Sequence record: k141_3637307
Strand: one strand, 5' to 3'
DNA length: 32,000 bases
Origin: a metagenome
The position numbers were made by a program, and so were the translations under genes. The notes beneath the pieces were generated by a model. The model saw nothing but the letters and a program-made list of their open reading frames with translations, searched no databases and had not been told where the DNA came from. How positions within the stretch are numbered: the stretch's first letter is position 1; each line of letters opens with the position of its first letter. Of the stretch, positions 10,160-19,186 are shown piece by piece.

Positions 10160-10218
10160 ACGTCGAGATAACATCTTTCATTCAAATGTTCTTACAACAC
10201 TAATCACAATTCGACTAG

Positions 10219-12507
10219 TTACGAGTCCCCATTCTCCGGCTTTGTGACAAACGAGGTCACGACGCGCGGAGGAGTTCCGCGCACGGCACGCGGAAGTTCG
10301 TCTTGCACCGGACTGAGACTACTCGGATCATCGGTCCGTCGCCACCTCGCCGCCATCGCCGCGAAGCCATTCGCGCTCGCAGGCGAAGGCGAGGGTCCAC
10401 TCGCACCGCCCGGCGAGTTAGGGGAGCCATCCGCGCGCGCGCGGCCGAACAACGGTTTCGGTTGTCGCAATCCGCGGAAAATCTTCTTTCTCGGTCGCGT
10501 GTTCAGCGATCCAACACCGAAACTTCTCGCCTGATCACTCAAGCTCGAACGACTGACGGTCTCGAGTTCGTTATCGTCCGACTCACTCGAAAGCTGCATG
10601 TCGTCTTCCTCCTCGTCCTCGTCCTCGATGTCCGACTCGCTATCGACGGCTCTGTCCACTCCGCTCCCCGTCCAGAACACGTACGTGTCGTGCAGTTTCA
10701 ACAAATCTGCGCTTCGACGAAGCACGTACGGGTCGAAGGGGAAGAACATACGAAGTGGGAAACGACTACGCGACGTCGATGCGACTTGCGTGCTCGTGAA
10801 CTCCATCGAGGGATGCCTGGAGAGGGGCATGTTTGACGAGACATCCGTTCCTTGACCGGTGGCCATCCTTTCCATGTGTTCCTTGAGAAGAACGCTCGTG
10901 AATCCGTTCATGTTCGCACTGACGGCTCGATGCAGAAACTCCGTCACGACGGACGGTAGACACGTCGCCAGCGGTCGCAGGTGCGAGTACAGAACCTCAC
11001 ACAGCGGTAAGGATTGCAGCGTCATCGCCGTCGTCCCGCCGGCTCGCGAGATGTCCTCCGCGCGATAGCAAATGACGTACATCATCGCTTGACAGGCGCT
11101 GTCGAACACCGCTAACGCTTGATGAGGCGTGGGTGGTGGCATTCCCACCTTCGTCTTCTCCATCGCCCCGCTCAACGCCACGCTTCCCGGCGTGGTTCGT
11201 TGTTTCACGTGCGTCAGACACCAATCCACCAAACGCTTCAAGAGATCGCACACAAACTCTGGAGTCAAATACTTTGCGCGCGCCAAAAAAGAGGCAAAGT
11301 ATGCCGCAGCCGCGAGTCGTATGGAACCAGCCTCTGATACGTCGACCAATTTCGTGAATAAGAGCTCAGTCAACTCTCTGCACGTCTCTTCGTCTCGAGA
11401 GCACAGATGGAACACTAGAAATTGTACAAACTTTGACCTCGGTGCCGGTAACAGCGTGAGCGTGAACGCGTGCATGAGCGCGCGTCTGACGGGGATGATT
11501 TCACCAGCATCGATGCGCGTGTCGATGTGCGTCAGCGCGAGCTCCATCAACGCGTCCAGAGTATCCGCGGCTTCATCCACGGCCAAGGGCGCGGATGTCG
11601 CCGGTCGCTGTTCCCACTCGGCTCTGCACTGTTCTTCGATCGTTTTTTCGATGTCATCCAACTCAAAAATCGCGTCATCCTCTTCCTCCTCCTTTTTCGC
11701 CCCGCGATCGGCGCTCGTTCTCTCGGCGTCCGCCATGACGTCGTCCCACTTGATCTCTACGTCCACGTCGAGCGCGTGCGCGACGACAGCTTTTAAAAAC
11801 TCGTCTCGGAGCGGTGCCCCGCGCTCGCTCTCCACCAGCGCGAACGCCGCGCGCATGTACCCAACCTGCATCGGCTTCGGACTGCTCTTGTGCGGAATTC
11901 CCGATCGAAGCGCCGCGATCATCGCCCGTTCGCTCTGCGGAACCAAACGCAAAATGTTCCCCGCGCAACTCGTCACGTCCTCCACCACCCGTCGACCCAC
12001 CCTCGCGCGTTCGATCGCCTCTTCGTCCGCCCCGTCCACATCTTCCCGCCACCACTCATCGTATTCCACCGGCGCGATCATCGAATCCACCAATTTCCCC
12101 ACCACCGCGCCGCTAAACGTCCCGCCCTGCGCGCACACCAACTGCGTCCCGAACTTCAACGCCGTCTCTCGCACTCGTCTCGCGCACGTCCACAGATCCA
12201 CTCGCAAAAACGCCCCCTCCACCAACTGGTGATGCGTTCGCTCATCGATCAACGTCGCGTACGAGCACAACGCGTCCATCAACGCCGTCGCGCCATCCGC
12301 GTCCGCCTCGGTCGCTCTCGCCGCCTCGGCGCACCCGTCCAAGAGTTCGTAATACTGCGCCCGATGACTCCCCCCACGCCGCGTCTCCTCCAGCGCCGTG
12401 CGCACGAACGCTCGCAACGCCTCTCTCGCGACGTGATCGTCGTATTGAACGTCGGGATCATCGTACCCAAAGTCATCGTCGGCGTCGTCCGGCGCGTCCG
12501 CCGTCAT
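10219..12507 (-). CDS. RRN3: RNA polymerase I transcription initiation factor RRN3/TIF-IA
   Basis: 762 aa with a true ATG (cat at 12505-12507). RRN3-like core AAAYFASFLARAKYLTPEFVCDLLKRLVDWC and FFPFDPYVLRRSADLL...YVFW. Acidic, serine-rich tail. Confidence 0.7.
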   Translation of the reverse strand: MTADAPDDADDDFGYDDPDVQYDDHVAREALRAFVRTALEETRRGGSHRAQYYELLDGCAEAARATEADADGATALMDALCSYATLIDERTHHQLVEGAFLRVDLWTCARRVRETALKFGTQLVCAQGGTFSGAVVGKLVDSMIAPVEYDEWWREDVDGADEEAIERARVGRRVVEDVTSCAGNILRLVPQSERAMIAALRSGIPHKSSPKPMQVGYMRAAFALVESERGAPLRDEFLKAVVAHALDVDVEIKWDDVMADAERTSADRGAKKEEEEDDAIFELDDIEKTIEEQCRAEWEQRPATSAPLAVDEAADTLDALMELALTHIDTRIDAGEIIPVRRALMHAFTLTLLPAPRSKFVQFLVFHLCSRDEETCRELTELLFTKLVDVSEAGSIRLAAAAYFASFLARAKYLTPEFVCDLLKRLVDWCLTHVKQRTTPGSVALSGAMEKTKVGMPPPTPHQALAVFDSACQAMMYVICYRAEDISRAGGTTAMTLQSLPLCEVLYSHLRPLATCLPSVVTEFLHRAVSANMNGFTSVLLKEHMERMATGQGTDVSSNMPLSRHPSMEFTSTQVASTSRSRFPLRMFFPFDPYVLRRSADLLKLHDTYVFWTGSGVDRAVDSESDIEDEDEEEDDMQLSSESDDNELETVSRSSLSDQARSFGVGSLNTRPRKKIFRGLRQPKPLFGRARADGSPNSPGGASGPSPSPASANGFAAMAARWRRTDDPSSLSPVQDELPRAVRGTPPRVVTSFVTKPENGDS

Positions 12508-12755
12508 GCCGGACGATGGGGACGAACCCGCGGTCGACGTCGACGACGCGACCGTACGACGCGCGCGATGCGTGCGGACGCGCGCGGATCGTCACCGCTC
12601 GTCGTCGATCGAGACGATCGGCGTCGTCCGCGCCACGGACGCGCGCGCGGGCTCGCCGAACGTCGCGATGTGTGGGTCTGTCTGGTCTCGGGTCGGTTTC
12701 GCGTCGGTTTCGCGCGCTTTTTCGCGACGGAGCTACGATGCGCATGAATGACGGA

Positions 12756-15683
12756 TTAAATGGCGATTCTAAAGGCGGGTTCGTCGCCAAAATCGTCCCA
12801 CGCGTACCCGTCGGTGGGTTGGGATAACGCGTCGGCGGCGGCGCCGCCGAGGAGCGAGAGCTGGGCGACGGCGGCGACGGCGGCGGCGATGTCGGCGGAG
12901 TGGTCGCGAGACGCGGAGGAGGCGAGGGATTCGTCAGCGTCGGCGTCGAGAAGATTGGCATCGTCGGCGTCGGTGTCGATGAAACCGCCGCCGGAGGCCC
13001 AGCGAGGGAGGTGTTCGGCGCCGGCGCCGCGGAAGGCGTCGCGGCGCACGCACTCTTTGAGAAGTTCTCGCCAGAGGGCGTTTCGCACGAGCACCAAGGG
13101 ATGGCCGACGACGACGTTGAGACTCATCGCGCGACTGATGGCGACGTTGAATCGCTGCGGGTTGTTCAGGAAACCAATCTCCGAATCGAGCGCCTCGAGC
13201 GTCGCGGGACGCGTGACGACGGTGGAGATGAAGACGATGCGCTCCTCTTGTCCCTGAAAGTCGTCGACGGTGCCGACGCGGATGGCGGCTAAACCGCGCG
13301 CTCGGAGCGCCTTGCGAATGAGAAACACCTGGCGTCGGTAGGTGGCCATGACGGCGACGTCGGCGGGAGTGAGATTCGTCGTCGCGAGGAGAGACGCGAG
13401 GAGATCGACGAGCTCGGCGGCTTCGATGGGATTCGTCCACGAAGACGTGTTGCCCTCTCGTCTCTGTAAACCGCGAACGCCGTAAAAGAGAAAGCGAGAG
13501 GCTCGGCCGTTCCCGGCGCCCTGGGCGAATTCGTCCCAGTTGTGCGGAAGCGCGACGCGTGCGTCGGGCGCGCGAGAAACGACGGAACCGTCGTAGAACA
13601 TTCTCGAAGAGAGCGAGACGATGTCTTGATGCGAGCGATAACACGAACGCAACTGCGTGCCGTTGGACACGCCGGAGTGATCCATCCACATTTCGAGAAG
13701 AGAGCGACGCAAACCGTCGCGGGCGGCGATTTTGGAGTGTACAGTCGGTCCCAACTGTTTCGAGTCTCCCGCGAGAACGACCGCGGTGTCCTTGGACGCG
13801 AGCGAGAGAGGAATCAACGTCTCCGGACACAACGCCTGCGCCGCCTCGTCGACGAAGATGTGCGACCACCGCGGGTACGAGCTCTGATAAAAATCGTCTC
13901 GCACCGTCGCGAAGAATTTCGCGTACGTGTACCCGTACGCGCCTTCCAAAAGAGACGCGCTCGTGCACGAACACACGACGACGCGCGCGAGCTGCAAATC
14001 ATGCGCTGAGGGCGTTTTGAAAAAATCAAACGGTTTCGTCGTGTGGGCGGCTTGCTCCTCCTCGATGTCGCGCCAGATTTCGAGCGAGTGAAAGCGCACG
14101 TCCGCTTTCACGGATTCCGGCGTGCGCCTGATATCGTTCACGCGCAAGAGCTGACCTTTCTGGAACTCGAATCGCTCGTCGAGGCGAGAGCACAATATGT
14201 CGGCGGCGTACGCCGCCGGAGCCACGAGTAAAATCTTGGCATTCGTGTCTCGCTCCAAGATGTGCGCGACGCACTCCACCAACGTGAGCGTCTTACCCGT
14301 TCCGGGTGGTCCCCACACGATGTAAGGCTCTCGCACGCCCGCGCCGGAGAGCACGTCGTTCACCACGCGCGTCTGTTCTTCGTTCAATATGTCTGAATGT
14401 ATCTTCGTCGTGTTGGCGAGCGCTTTCGCCGGCCGCTTTCCTGCTCGCGGCAAATAGCGCCTCAAGCGCCAACCTTTATCGTTTATGAACATTTTCGTGA
14501 TAGCCTTGTGTAAAATGTCGAACACGTTGGTGTTGACGCAAAATCGTACGTGCGCGAGTCTCCTATAAACGTTGAGATTCACCCCCATGAAGACGTAGAT
14601 GAGAGAATCGCGATTCGACACGTGTTGCACCGTCAAGGGATGCTCGACGTGTATACTGTCGGCGAATCGAAGGAATATGACGTCACCGGCGAGCACGAGC
14701 GGTCGTTGTTCGGCGAGACCCGGCACGTTGAGGACGTAGAGCATGGTACCCGGCGGCACGTGCCAAAACTTCGCGATGTTGGCGAACGTCTTCGAGTCCA
14801 CCTGTCTCAACGTCACGTTGAACAAATCCAAAGCCTCGATGTGTTGCTGTTGCGCGCGCTGCTCCTCGTGCAGCTGCGTCGTCAGCTTGAGCACGGCATC
14901 GCAGCTCGCGCCGTCGTGCTTGTGAGGCTTCGTTGAGAAGAGATTATGCAGAAACTGGATGTGCGGACCGCACAATTCCTTGCGGCGGCGCCACGCCAAA
15001 TGCGCCGGAAACTCAAGCTCGCTCCTGTTGAAGAGCGTTCGAAGCGCCTCGGGCACGAACGGCACCGCCTCGACGTCTAAGATGCTATCTATCGTGTCCG
15101 AGCGCGTGATCAGTCCCGTCACGCGCGACGTCAGGATTTGCGTCGACCGCGCGAGAGCCTCGGCGGCGCGCTCCGCGTCCTCCCACGTCTCCAATTCGCG
15201 CACCTTTGACGTCGGCGCACACAGTATTATTACCCACGCCGCGTGTAAACCTACGCTCACACCTTTCGTCGCCTCGAAATACACGCGAATCGCCAACGTC
15301 TCCCGCGCCCCGCTCGTCGACGCCGGCAGCGTCGCGCGAAACCGCCGCTCGCCGTCGCGTTCGCTCCCCGGCGCCTCGCCCAACGCGAACGCCCCCGACT
15401 CGTTCCCGAGCAAACTCGCGCGCACCACCGTCACGTCCTTCGAACACACGTTCGCCACGCACACGTGCTTGGCCCGCCTCTCACCGCTCGACGCGCGCAA
15501 TCGCCCCAGGTCCGCCGCCGCCGGCGTCGCCGCCGCGCCCGCGCCGCCCTCGGCCGGCCCGAGGCGCGTCCCACCCTCCACCACCGCCCGCCGCGCCATC
15601 GCCGACGTCAACGACGCGTACGTCGTCGACGTCTCCACCGCGCTCGACCGTTCAATCTCGAGCGCCGCGCCGAACGTCGCCAT
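12756..15683 (-). CDS. MOV10/SDE3-like superfamily-1 (UPF1-like) RNA helicase
   Basis: Complete SF1 motif set: GPPGTGKT (I), IFVDEAAQ (II), VLAGDSKQLGP (III), CYRSHQDIV, VGTVDDFQGQEERIVFISTV (V), RFNVAISRA (VI). I prefer the ATG at 15683 (MATFGAALE). The ORF stays open to an ATG at 16028, but only by reading through an (AATG)11 microsatellite and a GCC run. Confidence 0.85.
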   Translation of the reverse strand: MATFGAALEIERSSAVETSTTYASLTSAMARRAVVEGGTRLGPAEGGAGAAATPAAADLGRLRASSGERRAKHVCVANVCSKDVTVVRASLLGNESGAFALGEAPGSERDGERRFRATLPASTSGARETLAIRVYFEATKGVSVGLHAAWVIILCAPTSKVRELETWEDAERAAEALARSTQILTSRVTGLITRSDTIDSILDVEAVPFVPEALRTLFNRSELEFPAHLAWRRRKELCGPHIQFLHNLFSTKPHKHDGASCDAVLKLTTQLHEEQRAQQQHIEALDLFNVTLRQVDSKTFANIAKFWHVPPGTMLYVLNVPGLAEQRPLVLAGDVIFLRFADSIHVEHPLTVQHVSNRDSLIYVFMGVNLNVYRRLAHVRFCVNTNVFDILHKAITKMFINDKGWRLRRYLPRAGKRPAKALANTTKIHSDILNEEQTRVVNDVLSGAGVREPYIVWGPPGTGKTLTLVECVAHILERDTNAKILLVAPAAYAADILCSRLDERFEFQKGQLLRVNDIRRTPESVKADVRFHSLEIWRDIEEEQAAHTTKPFDFFKTPSAHDLQLARVVVCSCTSASLLEGAYGYTYAKFFATVRDDFYQSSYPRWSHIFVDEAAQALCPETLIPLSLASKDTAVVLAGDSKQLGPTVHSKIAARDGLRRSLLEMWMDHSGVSNGTQLRSCYRSHQDIVSLSSRMFYDGSVVSRAPDARVALPHNWDEFAQGAGNGRASRFLFYGVRGLQRREGNTSSWTNPIEAAELVDLLASLLATTNLTPADVAVMATYRRQVFLIRKALRARGLAAIRVGTVDDFQGQEERIVFISTVVTRPATLEALDSEIGFLNNPQRFNVAISRAMSLNVVVGHPLVLVRNALWRELLKECVRRDAFRGAGAEHLPRWASGGGFIDTDADDANLLDADADESLASSASRDHSADIAAAVAAVAQLSLLGGAAADALSQPTDGYAWDDFGDEPAFRIAI

Positions 15684-15690
15684 CGGATTC

Positions 15691-15734
15691 AATGAATGAA
15701 TGAATGAATGAATGAATGAATGAATGAATGAATG
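15691..15734. repeat. (AATG)11 tetranucleotide microsatellite, (CATT)n in helicase orientation
   Basis: Eleven perfect units read directly. The array ends 8 nt upstream of the helicase ATG at 15683. Confidence 0.95.
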
Positions 15735-15807
15735 AATCGAGATTCCGTTTCTCGAGCGCCCCCCGCCGCGTCCACGCGAGACGACCGACCGACCGAACCG
15801 ACGCGTC

Positions 15808-15831
15808 GCCGCCGCCGCCGCCGCCGCCGCC
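15808..15831. repeat. (GCC)8 trinucleotide repeat
   Basis: Read directly in the helicase/MutS2 divergent spacer. Confidence 0.9.
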
Positions 15832-15970
15832 GTCGTCCCCCCTCGCGCGTCTCTCCGCGACGCACGCTCGACGACGACGACGACGCGCGCGCGAGTGACG
15901 ACAGACGACGTCAGACCGACACCAGTCGTCATCGCATCGACATCATCACTCATGCACGCATCCCTCGCGC

Positions 15971-16329
15971 GCGACTCGACGCGCGACAAAAATAAAGGAA
16001 GAAAACCCGAGCGGCGACAGTACGACATCGATATGGGAAGGTGGGTCTCCTCTCGACGCTCTCGCGAGACGTGGTGTGGAAAAAGTCACGGGCGTTTCGC
16101 GTTGTTAACTTTTGAGGCGAGCGCGCGAGGGGGGGGGCGATTCGACGCGACGACGCGACGCGACGCGACTCGACGCGCGACAAAAATGAAAGTCCCAGTA
16201 CGTACAACGCTTACTCGATGGACGGCGCGATGACCCGGCCCGACGAGCGCGTCGTCCGCACTCGACGCGCTCGCGAGACGGGGTGTGGACACACTCGCGG
16301 GCGCGTCTCATTGTTACCTTTTCCGTCGA
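15971..16329. repeat. Imperfect tandem duplication (about 150-165 nt units: 15971-16120 and 16165-16329)
   Basis: A 23-nt block gcgactcgacgcgcgacaaaaat is identical at 15971-15993 and 16165-16187. Segments 16052-16120 and 16261-16329 align without gaps at 55/69 identity, including ctcgacgc[t/g]ctcgcgagacg[t/g]ggtgtgga. The middle of the unit has diverged by indels (offset 194, then 209). Confidence 0.8.
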
Positions 16330-18893
16330 ACGAGACGACCGGGACGACCGAGCCCGCGACGCCAGATTCGACCGCGCGCGCCGTCGATACGGTGACGACG
16401 CGGGCGTCGATGTCGCGCGCGTCGTGTTCGTCGTCGTATTCGTCGTCGTCGCGCGTCGTCGTCGGCGGTGCGTCGGCGCGACGACACCGACGCGCGACGC
16501 GAAAGATGTGCGCGCGTGGGTCGGTCGACGTCGACGCGCGGGACGACGGCGTCGCCGACGATGGGGACGACGACGCGACGGTGACGCTCGAGCGCGAGGA
16601 TGATGACACTGATGTCGACCACGACGACGCGGTCGAGGCGTTGGAGGTGTTGCAGTGGGACGACGTGTGCGCGCAGGTGCGCGCGTTCGCGTGGACGACG
16701 CGAGGTCGACGCGAGGCGGCGGCGCCGCGTCTCGCGACGACGGCGCGAGAGGCGCGAGACGCGCTCGAGCGCACGGCGGCGTGCGTTCGAGACGATGGGG
16801 GTGGGGCGGTGTTCGACGCGGACGATTTCGAGGGGGCGCGAGACGTGCGGGTGGCTGTCGAGGGGGCGAGACGAGGGACGACGCTCTCGGGGACGTCGTT
16901 GGGAGAGGTGGGCTCGACGGGACGCGCACAGCGACGTTTGGGTGATGCGCTGGCGCGTCGAGGCGGCGATGGGGAGGCGTTGAGGGATATCGGTGAGGCG
17001 TTGCGCGGGACGCCTCGCGCGCTCATGGAGGCGATCGAACGGTGCGTGGGGGTTCCGGGCGGGGAGGTGTTGGACGACGCGAGCGAGACGTTGGCGGCGA
17101 TTCGCGCCGAACAACGCGCGACGAGGGACGAGTTGCGACAGATGCTCAGCGAAAAGAGTCGCGAGATGGCGAGGAAGAATTTCGCGGAGCGCGCGCAGGT
17201 GGTGACGAGACTCGGGAGACAGTGCATACCGATGAAACTCGGATCGGCGGGCGAACTCGAGGGCGTCGTGTTGGACGTCTCCGGCACCGGGAGCACGGTG
17301 TTTAAAGAGCCTCAGTGCGCCGTGCCTCTGAACAACGCCTTGGCCACGCTCTCGGCGCGAGAAGACGCCGAGATTGAGCGCATTCTCATCGAGTTGACGT
17401 CAATGGTGCGCGAACACGCCGACGCGCTCTCGGCGGCGAACGACGCGTTAGCCGCGTTGGACGTCGCCAACGCGCGCGCGAGACACGCCGCGTGGCTCGA
17501 CGGCTCGAAACCAACCATCGTGAGCGCCGATCGCGGCGTCTCCGTGCGCGGGTTACAACACCCGCTACTTCTCGAGCGTCATCTCGCCCCCTTACCCACC
17601 GGCGCCGCCATCGGCGAGGCTGAGTCCGTCTCCGCGTTCGGGTCGACGCTCGACGCCGACGAAGACGAAGAGGACGCCAGCGTCTCTCGCGCGGCGACGC
17701 ACGTCAGACGTTTCGACGCGCGCGATGTCGTCGTCCCGATCGATTTTGACGTCGACGCGTCCGTTCGATGCGTCGCCATCACCGGTCCGAACACGGGCGG
17801 GAAGACGGCGTCTCTGAAAGCCGTCGGCGTCGCGTGCCTCATGGCGAGAGCCGGTTTGTATCCGCCGTGCGACGCCGGGTGCGAGATTCCACTCTTTCGT
17901 CGCGTCATCGCGGATCTCGGCGATTCACAGACGCTCGAACTCGACGGAGGATTATCGACGTTCGGCGCGCATCTCAAGGGATTACAGAGAATATTAGACG
18001 CCGCGGACGAGGACTCGTTGATTTTGCTCGACGAGCCCGGAAGCGGCACCGATCCCGCCGAGGGCGCGGCGCTCGCCGTGGCGGTGTTGAATAAACTGTC
18101 GCGTCGATCGCGTCTCACGGTGGCGACATCGCACTACGAGGAGGTGAAAGATTTCGCCGTGTCGTCGCCGGCGTGTCACGTCGCCGCCGTGGAGTTTGAT
18201 TTGAACACGTTACAACCGACGTACCGTCTGTTGTGGGGAGAGACGGGCCGGAGCAACGCGTTACACATCGCGTCGGGACTCGGCTTGGCGCCGTCCATCA
18301 TCGCCGAGGCGCGCGAGGCGTTGGCCAAGGCGGGCGATACCGCGGAGACGGACGCCAAGGGCGCGCTCGCGCGGGAAAACCGCGCGAAATTAGCGAGCGC
18401 TTTGGACGAGGAGTGCGAGGTGCAACTCGCGAGACGCGCGGCGGCGAGAGAGACGCTCGAAGAGACGCGCGCGCTCTACGACGACGTCAAGGCGAAATCC
18501 GCGCACTTGGACCTGAGAAAGCAACTCATCAAAGATGGCGTCGAGAGCGAGGCGCGCGCGCGAATCGACGAGGCGCGCGTGTTGTTCGAGGCGTGCGAGA
18601 CAAAGGAGGACGCCGACGACGTCGCCGAGGCGCATTTGCCGCGAGGATGGATCGTCGCGGCAAACGGCGAAGCCGTCCCGGGAGATTCTCCGGACGAGGG
18701 CGCGACGCGTCGTGCGTTCGACGTGGGCGATGCGGTCATCGTGCGTCAGCTCGGGACCGCGGAGGCGGAGGTGATCGACGTGCACCCGGAGACGAACGAA
18801 ATCACCGTCAAGCTCGGACGCATCTCCACGCGCGTCGGCGTAGCGTCCGGCGTGAGCAAGGTGGAAAAAAGTAAAACGAGTTGGCGAAAGTAG
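16218..18893 (+). CDS. MutS2-family protein (MutS domain V ATPase), no Smr domain visible
   Basis: CVAITGPNTGGKTASLKAVGVACLMARAGLYPP (Walker A), LILLDEPGSGTDPAEGAALAVAVL (Walker B) and TSHYEE. A coiled-coil region and a KOW-like FDVGDAVIVRQLGTAEAEVIDV follow before the stop. True ATG at 16218, with alternative in-frame ATGs at 16410 and 16506. The MutS2-like core begins at about residue 138. Confidence 0.85.
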   Translation: MDGAMTRPDERVVRTRRARETGCGHTRGRVSLLPFPSNETTGTTEPATPDSTARAVDTVTTRASMSRASCSSSYSSSSRVVVGGASARRHRRATRKMCARGSVDVDARDDGVADDGDDDATVTLEREDDDTDVDHDDAVEALEVLQWDDVCAQVRAFAWTTRGRREAAAPRLATTAREARDALERTAACVRDDGGGAVFDADDFEGARDVRVAVEGARRGTTLSGTSLGEVGSTGRAQRRLGDALARRGGDGEALRDIGEALRGTPRALMEAIERCVGVPGGEVLDDASETLAAIRAEQRATRDELRQMLSEKSREMARKNFAERAQVVTRLGRQCIPMKLGSAGELEGVVLDVSGTGSTVFKEPQCAVPLNNALATLSAREDAEIERILIELTSMVREHADALSAANDALAALDVANARARHAAWLDGSKPTIVSADRGVSVRGLQHPLLLERHLAPLPTGAAIGEAESVSAFGSTLDADEDEEDASVSRAATHVRRFDARDVVVPIDFDVDASVRCVAITGPNTGGKTASLKAVGVACLMARAGLYPPCDAGCEIPLFRRVIADLGDSQTLELDGGLSTFGAHLKGLQRILDAADEDSLILLDEPGSGTDPAEGAALAVAVLNKLSRRSRLTVATSHYEEVKDFAVSSPACHVAAVEFDLNTLQPTYRLLWGETGRSNALHIASGLGLAPSIIAEAREALAKAGDTAETDAKGALARENRAKLASALDEECEVQLARRAAARETLEETRALYDDVKAKSAHLDLRKQLIKDGVESEARARIDEARVLFEACETKEDADDVAEAHLPRGWIVAANGEAVPGDSPDEGATRRAFDVGDAVIVRQLGTAEAEVIDVHPETNEITVKLGRISTRVGVASGVSKVEKSKTSWRK

Positions 18894-19186
18894 CGCGCGC
18901 GCGCGACGATTATGTAGTCAAAGTAGAAGAATGCGTACAATTACATGAGCTATCTATGTCGTGTTCCTATGTCTGTCTGTGTGTGTGTTCCTGCGCGAGA
19001 CGAAAAAGGCGACGACGGTTAGACGAGCGCAAAGCGCAAACGCGCAAAAAATCGCGCGAGACGTGTTCCTCAGTCGTGTTGTCATTGAGCATCTTCACGA
19101 GGATAGTCAGTAAAGATTAAGCTATTTGAGACATCATCGGAACGCAACGGAACGCGATACGCGCGCATCGATCCACGCACCTCCAA

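Noticed and set aside
11129-12232. 367-aa plus-strand ORF, plus the 11890-12747 ORF, over the RRN3 locus
   Set aside because: Both are antisense or alternate-frame to the RRN3-like CDS, and are Ser/Ala/Arg-rich and low-complexity.
15684-16028. N-terminal extension of the helicase ORF to the ATG at 16028
   Set aside because: It would require translating through an (AATG)11 microsatellite and a (GCC)8 run. The extension is low-complexity. The ATG at 15683 gives a sensible start, but only experiment can settle it.
15691-16329. Tandem repeats as a CRISPR-like array
   Set aside because: These are microsatellites (4-nt and 3-nt units) and a single two-copy duplication. There is no repeat-spacer periodicity, and the context is eukaryotic.
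16105-17296. Minus-strand ORFs of 274 and 361 aa, and plus-strand alternate-frame ORFs, in the MutS2 5' region
   Set aside because: They give Arg/Pro/Ser-rich low-complexity translations and overlap the MutS2 frame, which continues into clear MutS motifs.
18881-19120. 79-aa plus-strand ORF downstream of MutS2 as a possible missing Smr exon
   Set aside because: The translation (…SCSYVCLCVCSCARRKRRRR…) has no Smr-like LDLHG/TGKG motifs. The region is AT-richer and looks like a convergent 3' UTR spacer.
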